Assembly (NCBI RefSeq): GCF_003704095.1
Contig: NW_020846824.1
Location: 248,001-312,000 of the forward strand
From: Pocillopora damicornis
Lineage: Eukaryota
Length of the DNA stretch: 64,000 nt
Direction of reading: 5' to 3'
The notes beneath the pieces are model-generated. The model was given only the letters and a program-made list of their open reading frames with translations, was not told the DNA's origin and did not search any database. Position numbers and translations under genes: made by a program. Below, piece after piece: positions 37,301 through 49,300 of this stretch (position 1 is its first letter; the number at the start of each line of letters is the position of its first letter).

Positions 37301-40300
37301 GATAATCTTGCAAAATGAAAGTAAAGAGCATTCTTTGTCAATCCTCTAACTTATACACTATTTTAGGTGAAATGATTAACTGATCTGTACTGCACCTGGA
37401 TGACAAAGAAGAAGGCATTCATGTCCACACTCAGGCTTGAGAGGTCTGCTACAAGATTGGCCACAAGAGTGTGGTGTCAACCAGGGGTCAAAAGATGGGT
37501 TGACCTGAAATTATACCATCCCCTTACCTATAATTATGCGACTTTACTCTAAAAATAATGCTACTCTGCACCACATGGATTTTACAAAATGCTGTAGGCC
37601 ATCTATCAAACTTTCAGCTATGCCTCTGCAGCATTATTCAAGGGCAATATTCATCTTAAGTTAGTATTAAATGTTTCATAATTTTCTCAAATCATTGACA
37701 TAAAATTTAAATTTAAAATTAAATGGTAAATAATTATAATAACCACACATATGCCCTAGACAGTAATTAATGTGTTATTTGTGTTCCGATTCTCACTATT
37801 TTGATATAAATATTTAAGGTGATGCTTGAATTGTAGCTGTACAGTCTTATTATTTTTTTTTCTCCTCATTATAATCTATCTATAAATGAAACATTCCTTT
37901 AATTGAAAATAGAACTTATTTAAAGGAGCCACACTGAATAGCAAGTTTGCCTCTATCCTCCCCGTCTAACAAATGGCAGCATTCATGCAAGTGTGGCACT
38001 GAATGGAGGAAATACAGAACTCAACCTCACAAAAAGACTCTTGTCGAATTCAAAAATTTCCTGATTTAATTAGCTACCATACCTGTTTTTCACAAAAGCA
38101 ATAATATTTTGTGGGACATTCAGACTGCTTGAATTCACACCTGCATTTCGGGCTGAATTATTGGAACAAAAAGACAGCTGGTTATTAAATTACAATAAAA
38201 GAAAAATAAACTAGAACAAAAGTAAGAGTAACAAAATGGACCCAACTCATATTTCAGGCCTCAGAGTAAAAGTTCAGAAGTCCATTATTGTAAGCAAATC
38301 CATTATACATACCAATACCACGGCAACTCAGCAGGATTTAGAGTATCATCTGAGGTTAATTGAGTATAAGCAGCTCCATCCCTGGCCCACTTTTGAATGC
38401 ACTGCAGATGAAGAGTTGAGTAACACCGGCTGCAGTTCCATACCTTAAATGTTAAAAAAAAATCTATCAAAGGAGGAAGTTCTAAAGTATTTCTGAAGGA
38501 TTAAAAAACAAACATCCAGTTTTTGCCCATAAAAAGAACCTCTCATTTGCCCATTTTTTTCCCAGTTGAACTGTACATGATTAAGCAACGAAGGAGTTAT
38601 GGGGAGCAGCTCATAACTGACTGTTATCAGCAACATTTCTCCTATTGTATTTTCCATGGAAAAAATTGGCTTTAGATCGTTTTGAATAATGCTCTTTTAT
38701 TCAAGATGATTCAAGATTCTGGCGACTTGTAAACATAACGACAGAAAATATGGTATTGAGACCTGCATAAATTTATAGATCAGGGGATGTGTTTAGGTTT
38801 TCTTTATTTAATCTTTACAGTTTTTAGGAGTATAAAAACCTCGCCTAGTTAGAAAACCATTACGATTTTTCCCAGTTATTTTCGTTACCCATTTTTTGAA
38901 GCTACGAGCTTCTCGTTTAACATGCACAGATTGCGTATGCTCGAACTGACTCCTTAAATATTTATCTTGGACATTCTCTGATAAAATATCACAAATGAGT
39001 TAACATACAAATGAGTTGACACATAAATGAAAAATTTATTTAAGGTATATTCCAGTACATGTAAGAGGGAGACGAGGCCAATAGAGTCAAATACTTTCCT
39101 ATCAGTCTTTCCTCTATCTTGTCCGTCATCATGAATTTTATTGACCGAAAAACCCACGCTCATTGCGCACTCGACCCAGTCTCTCTACGTGTTCGGGCCC
39201 CGTGAGCTACTTTCCCAAAGATCATCTAAATAAACACTAAAATAATTTCAGGCAAGGCAGTACATTAAATCCGTCTCTTCATTTCCAACTATTCAGCTTG
39301 TCTCGCTGTCATACAACAGTCTTTAGATGCTACCTCCTTCATGAACGTTATATCAAGAGTAAGTTCTAACTCCTCATGTTGTTTTGGTAAGAACAGATCC
39401 TGAATAGGACTGTAAAAAGATCAGAGAAGAAAGATCGCATTGGAAAATATGCTAATAAGAAACCTGCGTAGGCATGTTCTCCTTGTCACGTGTTAGATGA
39501 CAGATGATTGGTCAATGAATCTGACAGATCGATTGTGCACAAAGAGTTGGCGTTAGTTTATTTTTTAGTCTTGGTAACACACGATAGTGTTTGAATGCTT
39601 CCTCCGTCTCGAACAGTCCTTTAACGCCACGCAGGAAAGTAACGATTCTGTAACGATCTCTACCAACTTATAGGTATGTTTTTAGCTTTTACGCAATCTA
39701 ATAATATCCTACTTGGAACAAAAATCGCCCTCGATCTCTGTAAATATTACATGTCGCATTCCAGCCGAGATAGAGTGCTTAGGGAAGATCGAAAACGTTT
39801 CGGTGCACTTCCGTATTGATGGGAGTTAAATTCAAATGTAGACCCTAAAAGGAAAAGAATCTCAACTTCTAACGTGCTCTTGTCTGACGCAAAATCGTAG
39901 AAAAAAATCACCACAAACCAAAAAACCGAAAAAAAAAATTCGATCAAAACCGAAAACCGCATGCAAAACTGTCAAAACCGCCACATTTTCATGGGGGTGA
40001 CAAGTGGAGCATAACTACACTAACTTCGTTACAGTATTTATGAATGCCATGGACTTAGAATTCGTATAGGCGTTATTTCAGCTGCTCTCTCGAGGACCTC
40101 GAGCGTGGTCTCTGCGCACTCAGGAGCTGGTAATGGAGCCCAGTTTAATTAAGGAAATTCGCACAAAAGTCCTCCGTAGGATTGCAATTTTGCAGTCACA
40201 AAAAGCGATAGCTCTAGAAAGTTCCTTCGAAAATTCTAAATCTAACATTTCTATTTGCGAACTAAGACCTGAAAGTTTAAAGATTCTATTGGAATGTTGA

Positions 40301-43300
40301 ATCAATCAGTCACGGGTAGCCTGTAACTTGGTCACCGACTTCGAGGTGGCGTTGATAAAGAAACTCTGGTAATGTTCCATGCTTAGCCATTGTTGTTTCT
40401 TGTCGCACTGTCCTTCGTCTTACTGCTACACCATATTCGTCATTCAAGGCGCGTGAACCCCTACGGATGGTCAAAGCCTTGGGCGTCATTCGAGACGCGT
40501 GAACCTCCCAGGGATTAGCCCATGTGTAGCCTCGTACCCTCCCCTCCCCCTCCCCCCCAGGAGAAACGGAGGCGAAGTTCCCTAGCTTCCAATTCACCTC
40601 AGCGGGGGAAGGGTATGGCTACACGTTGGCTACCTTGGGATCACTGCGATATTTCAATTGGTTTGTCACGCATTCCTCTCAGCGTTTAGCGGCTATTCGA
40701 GATCAGTGGAGGCGCATAATTGCCGCTCAGATCGAAGAGAAACCGGAACTCAAATAGGTCACATAGGAAAAATCGAAAACCGCATCGGATATCAAATCCG
40801 AAAACCAGTTACTATTTTTCGCGGAAACCGAAAACCATATGCTAACAACAGAAAATCCGCAAACCGCAATGAACACCAAAACGGAAAAACTGAAGTTTTT
40901 TGGCACAAGAACCGTAAAACCGATCTAAAAAATAGCCAAAACCGCAAAACCGAAAATCCCAATCCCAGCCTCTATACAAGTAATACGGGTTAAAACATAA
41001 TTTCACGCAAACACAGTGACGCGTTGAATAATAATTACATTTCTTAAGCTACCCGATCTCCATTACTTGTGCCGAGAAAACCATCCGCTTTAAAACGCAG
41101 AGGAGTGATTCTCAGCGAACAAAAGGCTAGTATCGAAAATCTCTCGGTGCTATCGGTCTCACAAGAACTGCTATCGCTTGCTTTTCATGAAACAAAATTT
41201 ATGTTCCGTGCGAAAACTATAACGGACAATTGAGGGAATCAAAGACGCTTTGGTGTATTACCGCCTGAGTTAACTCGAACCTGAGAGCGAAAGCAGAACG
41301 GTATATTTACCTTCAACCATGCCAGAGTCTGACCACACCGGGGTTTTCAGAAAAACATTAAACAGCTTGCTCAAGCAAATCCATACGAATCCATACGGAC
41401 CGCTTTCTTCGGTTAGTTTGACAAGAAGAAAACAGTGTGACCATTTTGATTACATTACTCGGTCGGAAAGCAGCGAAACTGGTCGTAGTTTGTAAACCAA
41501 TGTCCAACAACGTCTATTATTCATACAAAAGCAAAGAAAATCGTAATCGACAAAATCGATTAATCTTTGATCAGCGCGTATTGTCTTTCGATCAACCAGC
41601 AATTTTTTCACTATGGGCTGCTTCCGTTCTACCCACCGCTGGCAAAATGCGGACAGTTGGTAAGATCGTTACCGTACTGCTTACGATTGTGTTGCACAGG
41701 ATGAAGTATAGTTTAAGTGTTTTCGGTTCCTCCTTTCCCCATGGTTTCGAGTAGTATAGGAGTTAGCGCCGCGGGACCAGTTTTGTGAAAACTTGTCTCG
41801 AAACCAAGTCAACTCAGTATTTTCTTAGCGAAAATTATGGCCGCCATCTTTGATTTTAATCATGTTATTTCAGAACAGAAGATACAAAATAGAACTTATC
41901 AGTTAGACCAGTTCATAATTTGTGTATCTCTCGATACATATTCCGTATACGTTGATATTATTACATGTTGATCATTTTTTCCTGTGATTTGAATTTTATA
42001 AAATGGATTAAAGTTTGCGTGTTAAATTTCGAGAGGATCTTTATTCACGGGTCTTAAATTTCCCCTTTTTTTTTACAATGGCAAAAAACGAGAAATTAAA
42101 GACCCGCGAAATCAAGAACGAATAAGGTGTAAGTATGATAAGGCAGGCATTTGTTATTCTTGTTCATTTATCACGCTCTTTTACATTTCACTTCTTCTTA
42201 AAAATCTGATTCTTTGATAAATTTAGACCGAGGAAGCATGGCCAAAGCATTGATTGGAATCCTTCTTGACGTCTCCGATTCCATGCGTCGTAACGTGGGA
42301 AGTGGTGTTGATGAAGATGGAGGACCGTGGGCTCTTTCGATATTTGAAGTTATTGACAACCTGATCAAACACGACGTCTCTCCTGATAACTCTGTATTTG
42401 CTTTGGCCTTTGGAGCTAGAGGTGGTGACCAATTATTAGATATCTTGACGTGTCTTCAGTCTTCCAAATGTGATCAGAAAGCCACAGATGATCAGGTAGA
42501 GAAGATTTTCCGAATACTGGAGGGAGCCGGTGCAAAATACATCCGCAAATGGGCAAGGAGGGAAGTCGTCCAAGGAGTATTTACACGTCACAAGGCTTCA
42601 TTATTTCTGGAAAAAGCTGAGTCGGACGAAGATTTTCCAAAAACTTTTGTCCAAATGTGTCTACCACCAGAATGCCGAGTTTTTCCTGGAGGAGCCTTAG
42701 CGGCACAGCTTTTAACCGGAGCCGAACACGCGTGTGCAAGTGTGTGGTCATCCATACGAGAAGCTACAGAGGAAGACATCCAAGGAGCACTGACAAAGGC
42801 CCAACCGTTGTTGGTCAGTTTCAAACCTCGCATCTTCAATGTTAAAGAAGCTTCAGATGTATTACATGGATACATCGATGAAGGAGAACTCTCGAAAGAA
42901 AGGAGCCGAGAATTATTAGAGAAAGTAGAACCCTACATCTACGGCGCGACTCCCTTGTATCAAGCAATCCGTACGGCGACTAAGTGTTTTGAAAAACACG
43001 CGTCTACGTTTCAAAGTCACAAAAAGCTGTTGTTTGTCTTATCAGACGGTGATCCCACGGATGGAGGAGAGAACGATTCGGCGGCAATAAAGAAAGTGGC
43101 CACAAGATTAGAGAACGCAGGTGTGACCGTAGTAGGCTGCTTTGTCACTCAATCCAAAACGATTCAGCCCAGACAAATGTTCAGTAAGATGAACACAAAC
43201 TGGGACTCAGGTTCAAAGTTCCTGTTCTCACTGAGCTCAACAATAACCACGCAGTCGATACCGCGCACCATGTTTGTTAAACGTGATTGGTCCATTGACT

Positions 43301-46300
43301 TTGAAAACAATGAAACACGTTTGTTCCTGCAGGTCAATCATCCTGACCACTTGCGAGACGCTTGCGACCTCGCTCGAAACGTCGTCTGTTCTCAGGAGGC
43401 GTTATCCGATTTGCTTGCAGACGTCGACCTCGATGTTTACATAAACCAGTCAGTAAGAGATTATGAAGCACAAGAAAAGCAAGAAGGACACNNNNNNNNN
43501 NNNNNNNNNNNNNNNNNNNNNNNNNNNNNNNNNNNNNNNNNNNNNNNNNNNNNNNNNNNNNNNNNNNNNNNNNNNNNNNNNNNNNNNNNNNTTAATCCAT
43601 ACGGACCGCTTTCTTCGGTTAGATTGACAAGAAGAATACAGTGTGGCCACTTTGAATACATCACTCGGCCGAAAAGGAGCGAAACTGGTCGTGGTTTGTA
43701 AACCAATTTCCATTATCTATCGCGTTCCAGCCGCGATACGGAGTATTCAGGAAAAATCGAATACGCTTTAGTGCACTTCCGTATTGATAGAAGTCAAATT
43801 CAAATATAGACCTTAAAAGCGAAAGAATCTTTACTTCTAACATGATTTTGTCTGACGAGCGGTTCTTGAACAGCGCAACTCAGATTTCTAGGCCAAAAGG
43901 CACCAGAAAAGGAAATTATAGAGTGTGATTACATTAAAAGATGTCAATAGCGTACTTTGAGAATCTTCAGCACGACCCGATGAAAAAAGGATTCAATCCA
44001 CTTCCCAAGTCTTTGGAAGGGAGCTGATGGTAATAATACAGGCTAAAACATAAATTCATGCAGACATAGCTGGTGACTCGTCAAATGATTACATTTCCTC
44101 AACTACCCGACCTCCAGTACTGAGAAAACCATCCACTTTGAAACGCAGGGGATTGATTTTTAGCGAACAAAAGGCTAGTATAGAAAATCTCGAGGTGCTA
44201 TCGGTCTAACAAGAACTGCCATCGCTTGCTTTTCATGAAGCTAGATTTATTTTTTGTGTGAATTTTATCTTTCCGCAGTTAAAGTAATGGCCATTCGTAA
44301 CTTATATCTGCTGGGCCTTCCGAGAAATTTGTTTCATTTGCAATTTAATTATATTCCCGGAAAAAAAGGCGATCAGGTGTTTCAAATCATACATTCTATG
44401 AACCCAGCCAATTGAAAACCAGGACGAACTAGCATGACGTCCGCATGGTCCGCATGGTTCTGCACAGACTATGGTTTTGTACAATGACTATTATTAACGT
44501 GGAAAAACGAAAAATATCGATCTACTGTCCCCTATAATAGAATACTAAGCAGACACAGATCCTGATAAACAGTTTGTGAAAAAGACAGTGCGCCAGAATT
44601 CGTTAAGTCGCTTATATAGTTACAATTAAAGAAAAAAAATATTTCCAAGTTCGATTCTAAGCAATCTCATACTAAATCTCCGCGGGGTTGGTCAATAATC
44701 ACGTGATAGTGTAATCAATGCGAAAGTTTAGTTCACTGGTATTTTTGTAAACCAGTATGTCAAGGCCGATTCTTATAATTATAATTGCAGACAAAGGAAA
44801 CATGCCCGCATTAATTGGAATCCTACTTGATGTCTCCGGATCCATGGAGCGTAACATTGGAAGTGGTATTGATGAAGACGGAGAACCGTGGGCTCGTTCG
44901 ATCTTTGAGGTCATTGACAACCTTATCAAATACGATGTTTCCGCTGACAACCACGTTTTTGCTGTTGGCTTCGGGGCTAACGAAGGTGAGCAAATATTCG
45001 ACATCCTGGGAACCCTTCAACGTATTCACCTTCATAACCGAGCTTTCGATAGAAATGACAAGCCCGTCACACGCGGCCACTTAAATGAAATTTTTAAAGT
45101 ACTGGAGAAGGCCGGTGCCCGTTACATCCGCAAATGGGCAGACGTGGAAGTCGCCAGAAAAGTAGTACCGGATTACACAGCTGATTTGTTACTAAGAAAA
45201 TGTCAGTCTGACCAGTCATTTGCACGTAAATTCGTCATGGAGTTTCTACCACCAGCTTGCCGTGATTGGCATACAGAGGATAATCCACTTCTAGGCCTCG
45301 TAGAAACAGTGGCTACCTCTGTCGTGACGACGTTTAAAAGAGCTACAACAGAAGACGTCAAAGATGTAATTGACAAGGCTGCACCACATTTGATGAAGAG
45401 AAGTGTAGGAGAAGATTCCATTTTCAATGTGCGCAAAGCCTCAGATATTTTACATGGATGTTTCGATGAAGAGGAACTCTCAAAGGAAAGGAGTCGAGAA
45501 TTATTACGAAGAATCGAGCCCTACATCTACGGTGGAACGCCTTTGTATGAGTCAATTGAAAGGGCCACAAACCTTATGAGAACCAGTGAGGTTTCAAGTC
45601 ATGAAAAGGTCCTATTTGTCCTATCAGACGGAAAGCCTGGAGACGGAGCTATTGATGATCACTGGAGAAAATCAGAAGCCGTCTCAGGATTTAAGAATGC
45701 CGAGGTGAACGTAGTGAGCTGCTTTGTCACTGACTCCACAACGATTGAGCCCAGACGACTGTACAGTGAGATGAAACCTGACTGGCATGAGGGTGCACAG
45801 TTCCTGTTCTCACTGAGCTCAATATTAACCACGCAGTCGATACCACGCACCATGTTTGTTAAACGTGATTGGTCCATTGAGGTTAAAAACAATGAAACAC
45901 GTTTGTTCCTGCAGGTCAATCATCCCGACCACCTGCGAGACGCTTGCGACCTGGCTCGAGATGTCGTCTGTTCTCAAGAGGTGTTGTCCGATTTGCTTGC
46001 AGACGTCGACCTCGATNNNNNNNNNNNNNNNNNNNNNNNNNNNNNNNNNNNNNNNNNNNNNNNNNNNNNNNNNNNNNNNNNNNNNNNNNNNNNNNNNNNN
46101 NNNNNNNNNNNNNNNNTTTCGATAGAAATGACAAGCCCGTCACACGCGGCCACTTAAATGAAATTTTTAATATACTGGAGAAGGCCGGGGCCCGTTACAT
46201 CCGCAAATGGGCAGACGTGGAAGTCGCCAGAAGCGTAATACCGGATTACACAGCTGATTTGTTACTAAGAAAATTTCAGTCTGACCAGTCATTTGCNNNN

Positions 46301-49300
46301 NNNNNNNNNNNNNNNNNNNNNNNNNNNNNNNNNNNNNNNNNNNNNNNNNNNNNNNNNNNNNNNNNNNNNNNNNNNNNNNNNNNNNNNNNNNNNNNNNNNN
46401 NNNNNNNNNNNNNNNNNNNNNNNNNNNNNNNNNNNNNNNNNNNNNNNNNNNNNNNNNNNNNNNNNNNNNNNNNNNNNNNNNNNNNNNNNNNNNNNNNNNN
46501 NNNNNNNNNNNNNNGCCCTACATCTACGGTGGAACGCCTTTGTATGAGTCAATTCGAAGGGCCACAGTACTTATGAGATCCAATGAGGTTTCATGTCATA
46601 AAAAGGTCCTATTTGTTCTTTCAGACGGAGAGCCTAGAGACGGAGCTATTGATGATTTAGTGAAAAAAAACGAAGCCGTCTCAAATTTGACGGATGCCGA
46701 GGTGAACGTAGTGGGCTGCTTTGTCACTGACTCCACAACGATNNNNNNNNNNNNNNNNNNNNNNNNNNNNNNNNNNNNNNNNNNNNNNNNNNNNNNNNNN
46801 NNNNNNNNNNNNNNNNNNNNNNNNNNNNNNNNNNNNNNNNNNNNNNNNNNNNNNNNNNNNNNNNNNNNNNNNNNNNNNNNNNNNNNNNNNNNNNNNNNNN
46901 NNNNNNNNNNNNNNNNNNNNNNNNNNNNNNNNNNNNNNNNNNNNNNNNNNNNNNNNNNNNNNNNNNNNNNNNNNNNNNNNNNNNNNNNNNNNNNNNNNNN
47001 NNNNNNNNNNNNNNNNNNNNNNNNNNNNNNNNNNNNNNNNNNNNNNNNNNNNNNNNNNNNNNNNNNNNNNNNNNNNNNNNNNNNNNNNNNNNNNNNNNNN
47101 NNNNNNNNNNNNNNNNNNNNNNNNNNNNNNNNNNNNNTTGCTCGAAAGGTCGTCTGTTCTCAGGAGGCGTTATCCGATTTGCTTGCAGACGTTGACCTCG
47201 ATGTGTACATAAACCAGTCAGTAAGAGATTATGAAGCACAAGCAAAGCAAGAAGGACAGACCTGCTTTGCACATGCATCAGCTACAGTGCTTCATTTGAC
47301 TATGAAGCGAATTCATGGCCGCCAGGGCAAAATCCCAGATTTCGAAGAATTGAAAAATGAAATGATCGGCCATTTTGGAAAAGAAGCTGCCGTTATCAAA
47401 ACAGTGCTCGAAAAAATGTGCAACAAGTACCGTTTGCGTTACAAGCAAGTTGACCTCAAGGGTGCCATGGAAGCAGTCGCTTCAAGCCGACCGGTGGTTG
47501 CAACATTTGGGCTTACCCTCAATGAGTGGGGTAGGTTTTATGAGTTCTTCGAAACTGACGGAAAAGGTATTTTGACAAAAAGGGTGATCGATATAACAGC
47601 CCGTCCTGAAAATCCCAAAGGGTTTGGCCATGCAGTGGTTTTAACCAGTTTCAACAGTGAATATTTGCGACTGTTGAATTCCAAGGGATCCGACTGGGCA
47701 GACAACGGCTTTTTTAAAGTGCAGAACGCAGACGTTCTTGGATTTAAGTTTTATGATGTTCACTGGGAAGTAGAAGATCTGAACGAAAAAGAAAAAACCT
47801 CTTTCAAGGAACTTGGATCCAAGCGTGCCAAATGGCTGATGGAAACTTTGCCGAGTCTTCAGCGAGATGATTACACCGTGAATTGTCCCAGATGCCAGCA
47901 AGATTCACCGGTCAAGAAGTTCACTGGCAATTTGTCAGGTGCTAAGTGTCCCAAATGTAACAAGGAATTCAATCTGAAAAATGTCCCCAAAGGAAACATT
48001 TTGGCTCTCAACATTTATCTCACTGCTTCAAGCACATAAATTCTCCTCGTTATCCTTTTTACTCTGATAGAGAAATGTTTAGCCTTCCTTTTTATTATAG
48101 GGAAGATATCACAACCTCCATAACAGGATAACCTGAACAAAGGCACCGAATGAAAACGATTTAATATCAGTTTCAGTTAATTTATAAGTGGTATTCTGCT
48201 TACTCAAACTAGTTGACAGGTATGATTACAGTAATCGTCATTTTGGCATAAACAACCGACCCTAGCGGTCCTAAAAAGAAAAATCTTCAAAGATTTAGAT
48301 CAAGTTTAGTTTTGCAGAGAGAAATAACCAAGGACGGTTTACAAAAAGCAAGGAAATTTCCCTACTTTTCATAGGCAAAACAACTTATCCATGCAGAAAA
48401 AAAAACAAAAAAAACAAAAACAAAAAAAACAAAAACAAAAAAAACAAAAACCAAAAAAACAGCAAATGTCATATAGAAAGAAATAGGCACAATGCAGGCA
48501 TTAAACATTAGATTTGACTTGAGAAAACTAGTGAAGTAAGATGAACAGGTAGAACAGGTTGAAAGAAGCTTTTTTTGAACTGGGCTAGTATTTTCTAGGG
48601 AATTTGTATCGATCTGGGCAAACTTTTACACTTGCCAGTTCCAGTGAGAAAAGAGGTTAGCTTTAATATGAAACGAATATAGGACATTTCGCATCAAAGA
48701 CTTTTCGCACAAGTCTTTTCCCACAAGTTTTGGACCGTTCGCACAATTCTTAATAGTTATTTCGCACAGTAATTATTGGTGAGAGACCTCAATGTAAAAG
48801 GCATTCTAATTTATACTGATAAGATATTTCACCGTCACATGTCACTTTCAATAAGATCCAACGGCGAGAGCTTAGATATTTCTTTATGTAACAACTCCGA
48901 CTAGATGGAAACGCTTGTGAACACGATCAGTATTCTTGAAGAGAGGAACAAATCTTTCTCTCTATGAAAATGTAAAGAACTCCCCATTCGAACGATTACT
49001 TCTATTACTTTTCCTTTGTTAAACGAAAAACTTTTTAGTTTTGACAGTACATCATCCACTACAAACATACGACCCACACTAACGACGCCATGTTGATTTT
49101 GAAAGTAATTGTCACCAGTCCTCCTTCCTCTGAAGTCAAAGTAAAAACCTGCAAACTGTTTCACTTTTTATTAAAAAGTACTAAAGACCTATTTTGTCTA
49201 AATATATAAAGTTCAAGTAATGTCAATTATGGAATTTTAATTGCAACAATTAATGATACATTCATTTGCTATCTAGTAACAATTAAACCGGAGGCACTGT

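Noticed and set aside
40658-40993. 111-aa K/N/R-rich ORF
   Set aside because: Translation of AAAACCG repeat arrays in a non-autonomous element.
43492-43701. C-terminal extension of vWA copy A in the ORF track, and other X-containing ORFs
   Set aside because: These ORFs read through N-gaps. The sequence after this gap is the duplicated upstream flank of copy B, not coding sequence.
42214-48039. Bacterial contamination as the source of the intronless vWA ORFs
   Set aside because: Splice acceptors precede the ATGs, flanks are shared and contain host-type repeats, there is no operon or RBS pattern, and the array lies between consecutive in-frame NFXL1 exons. Gaps mean long-read confirmation is still desirable.
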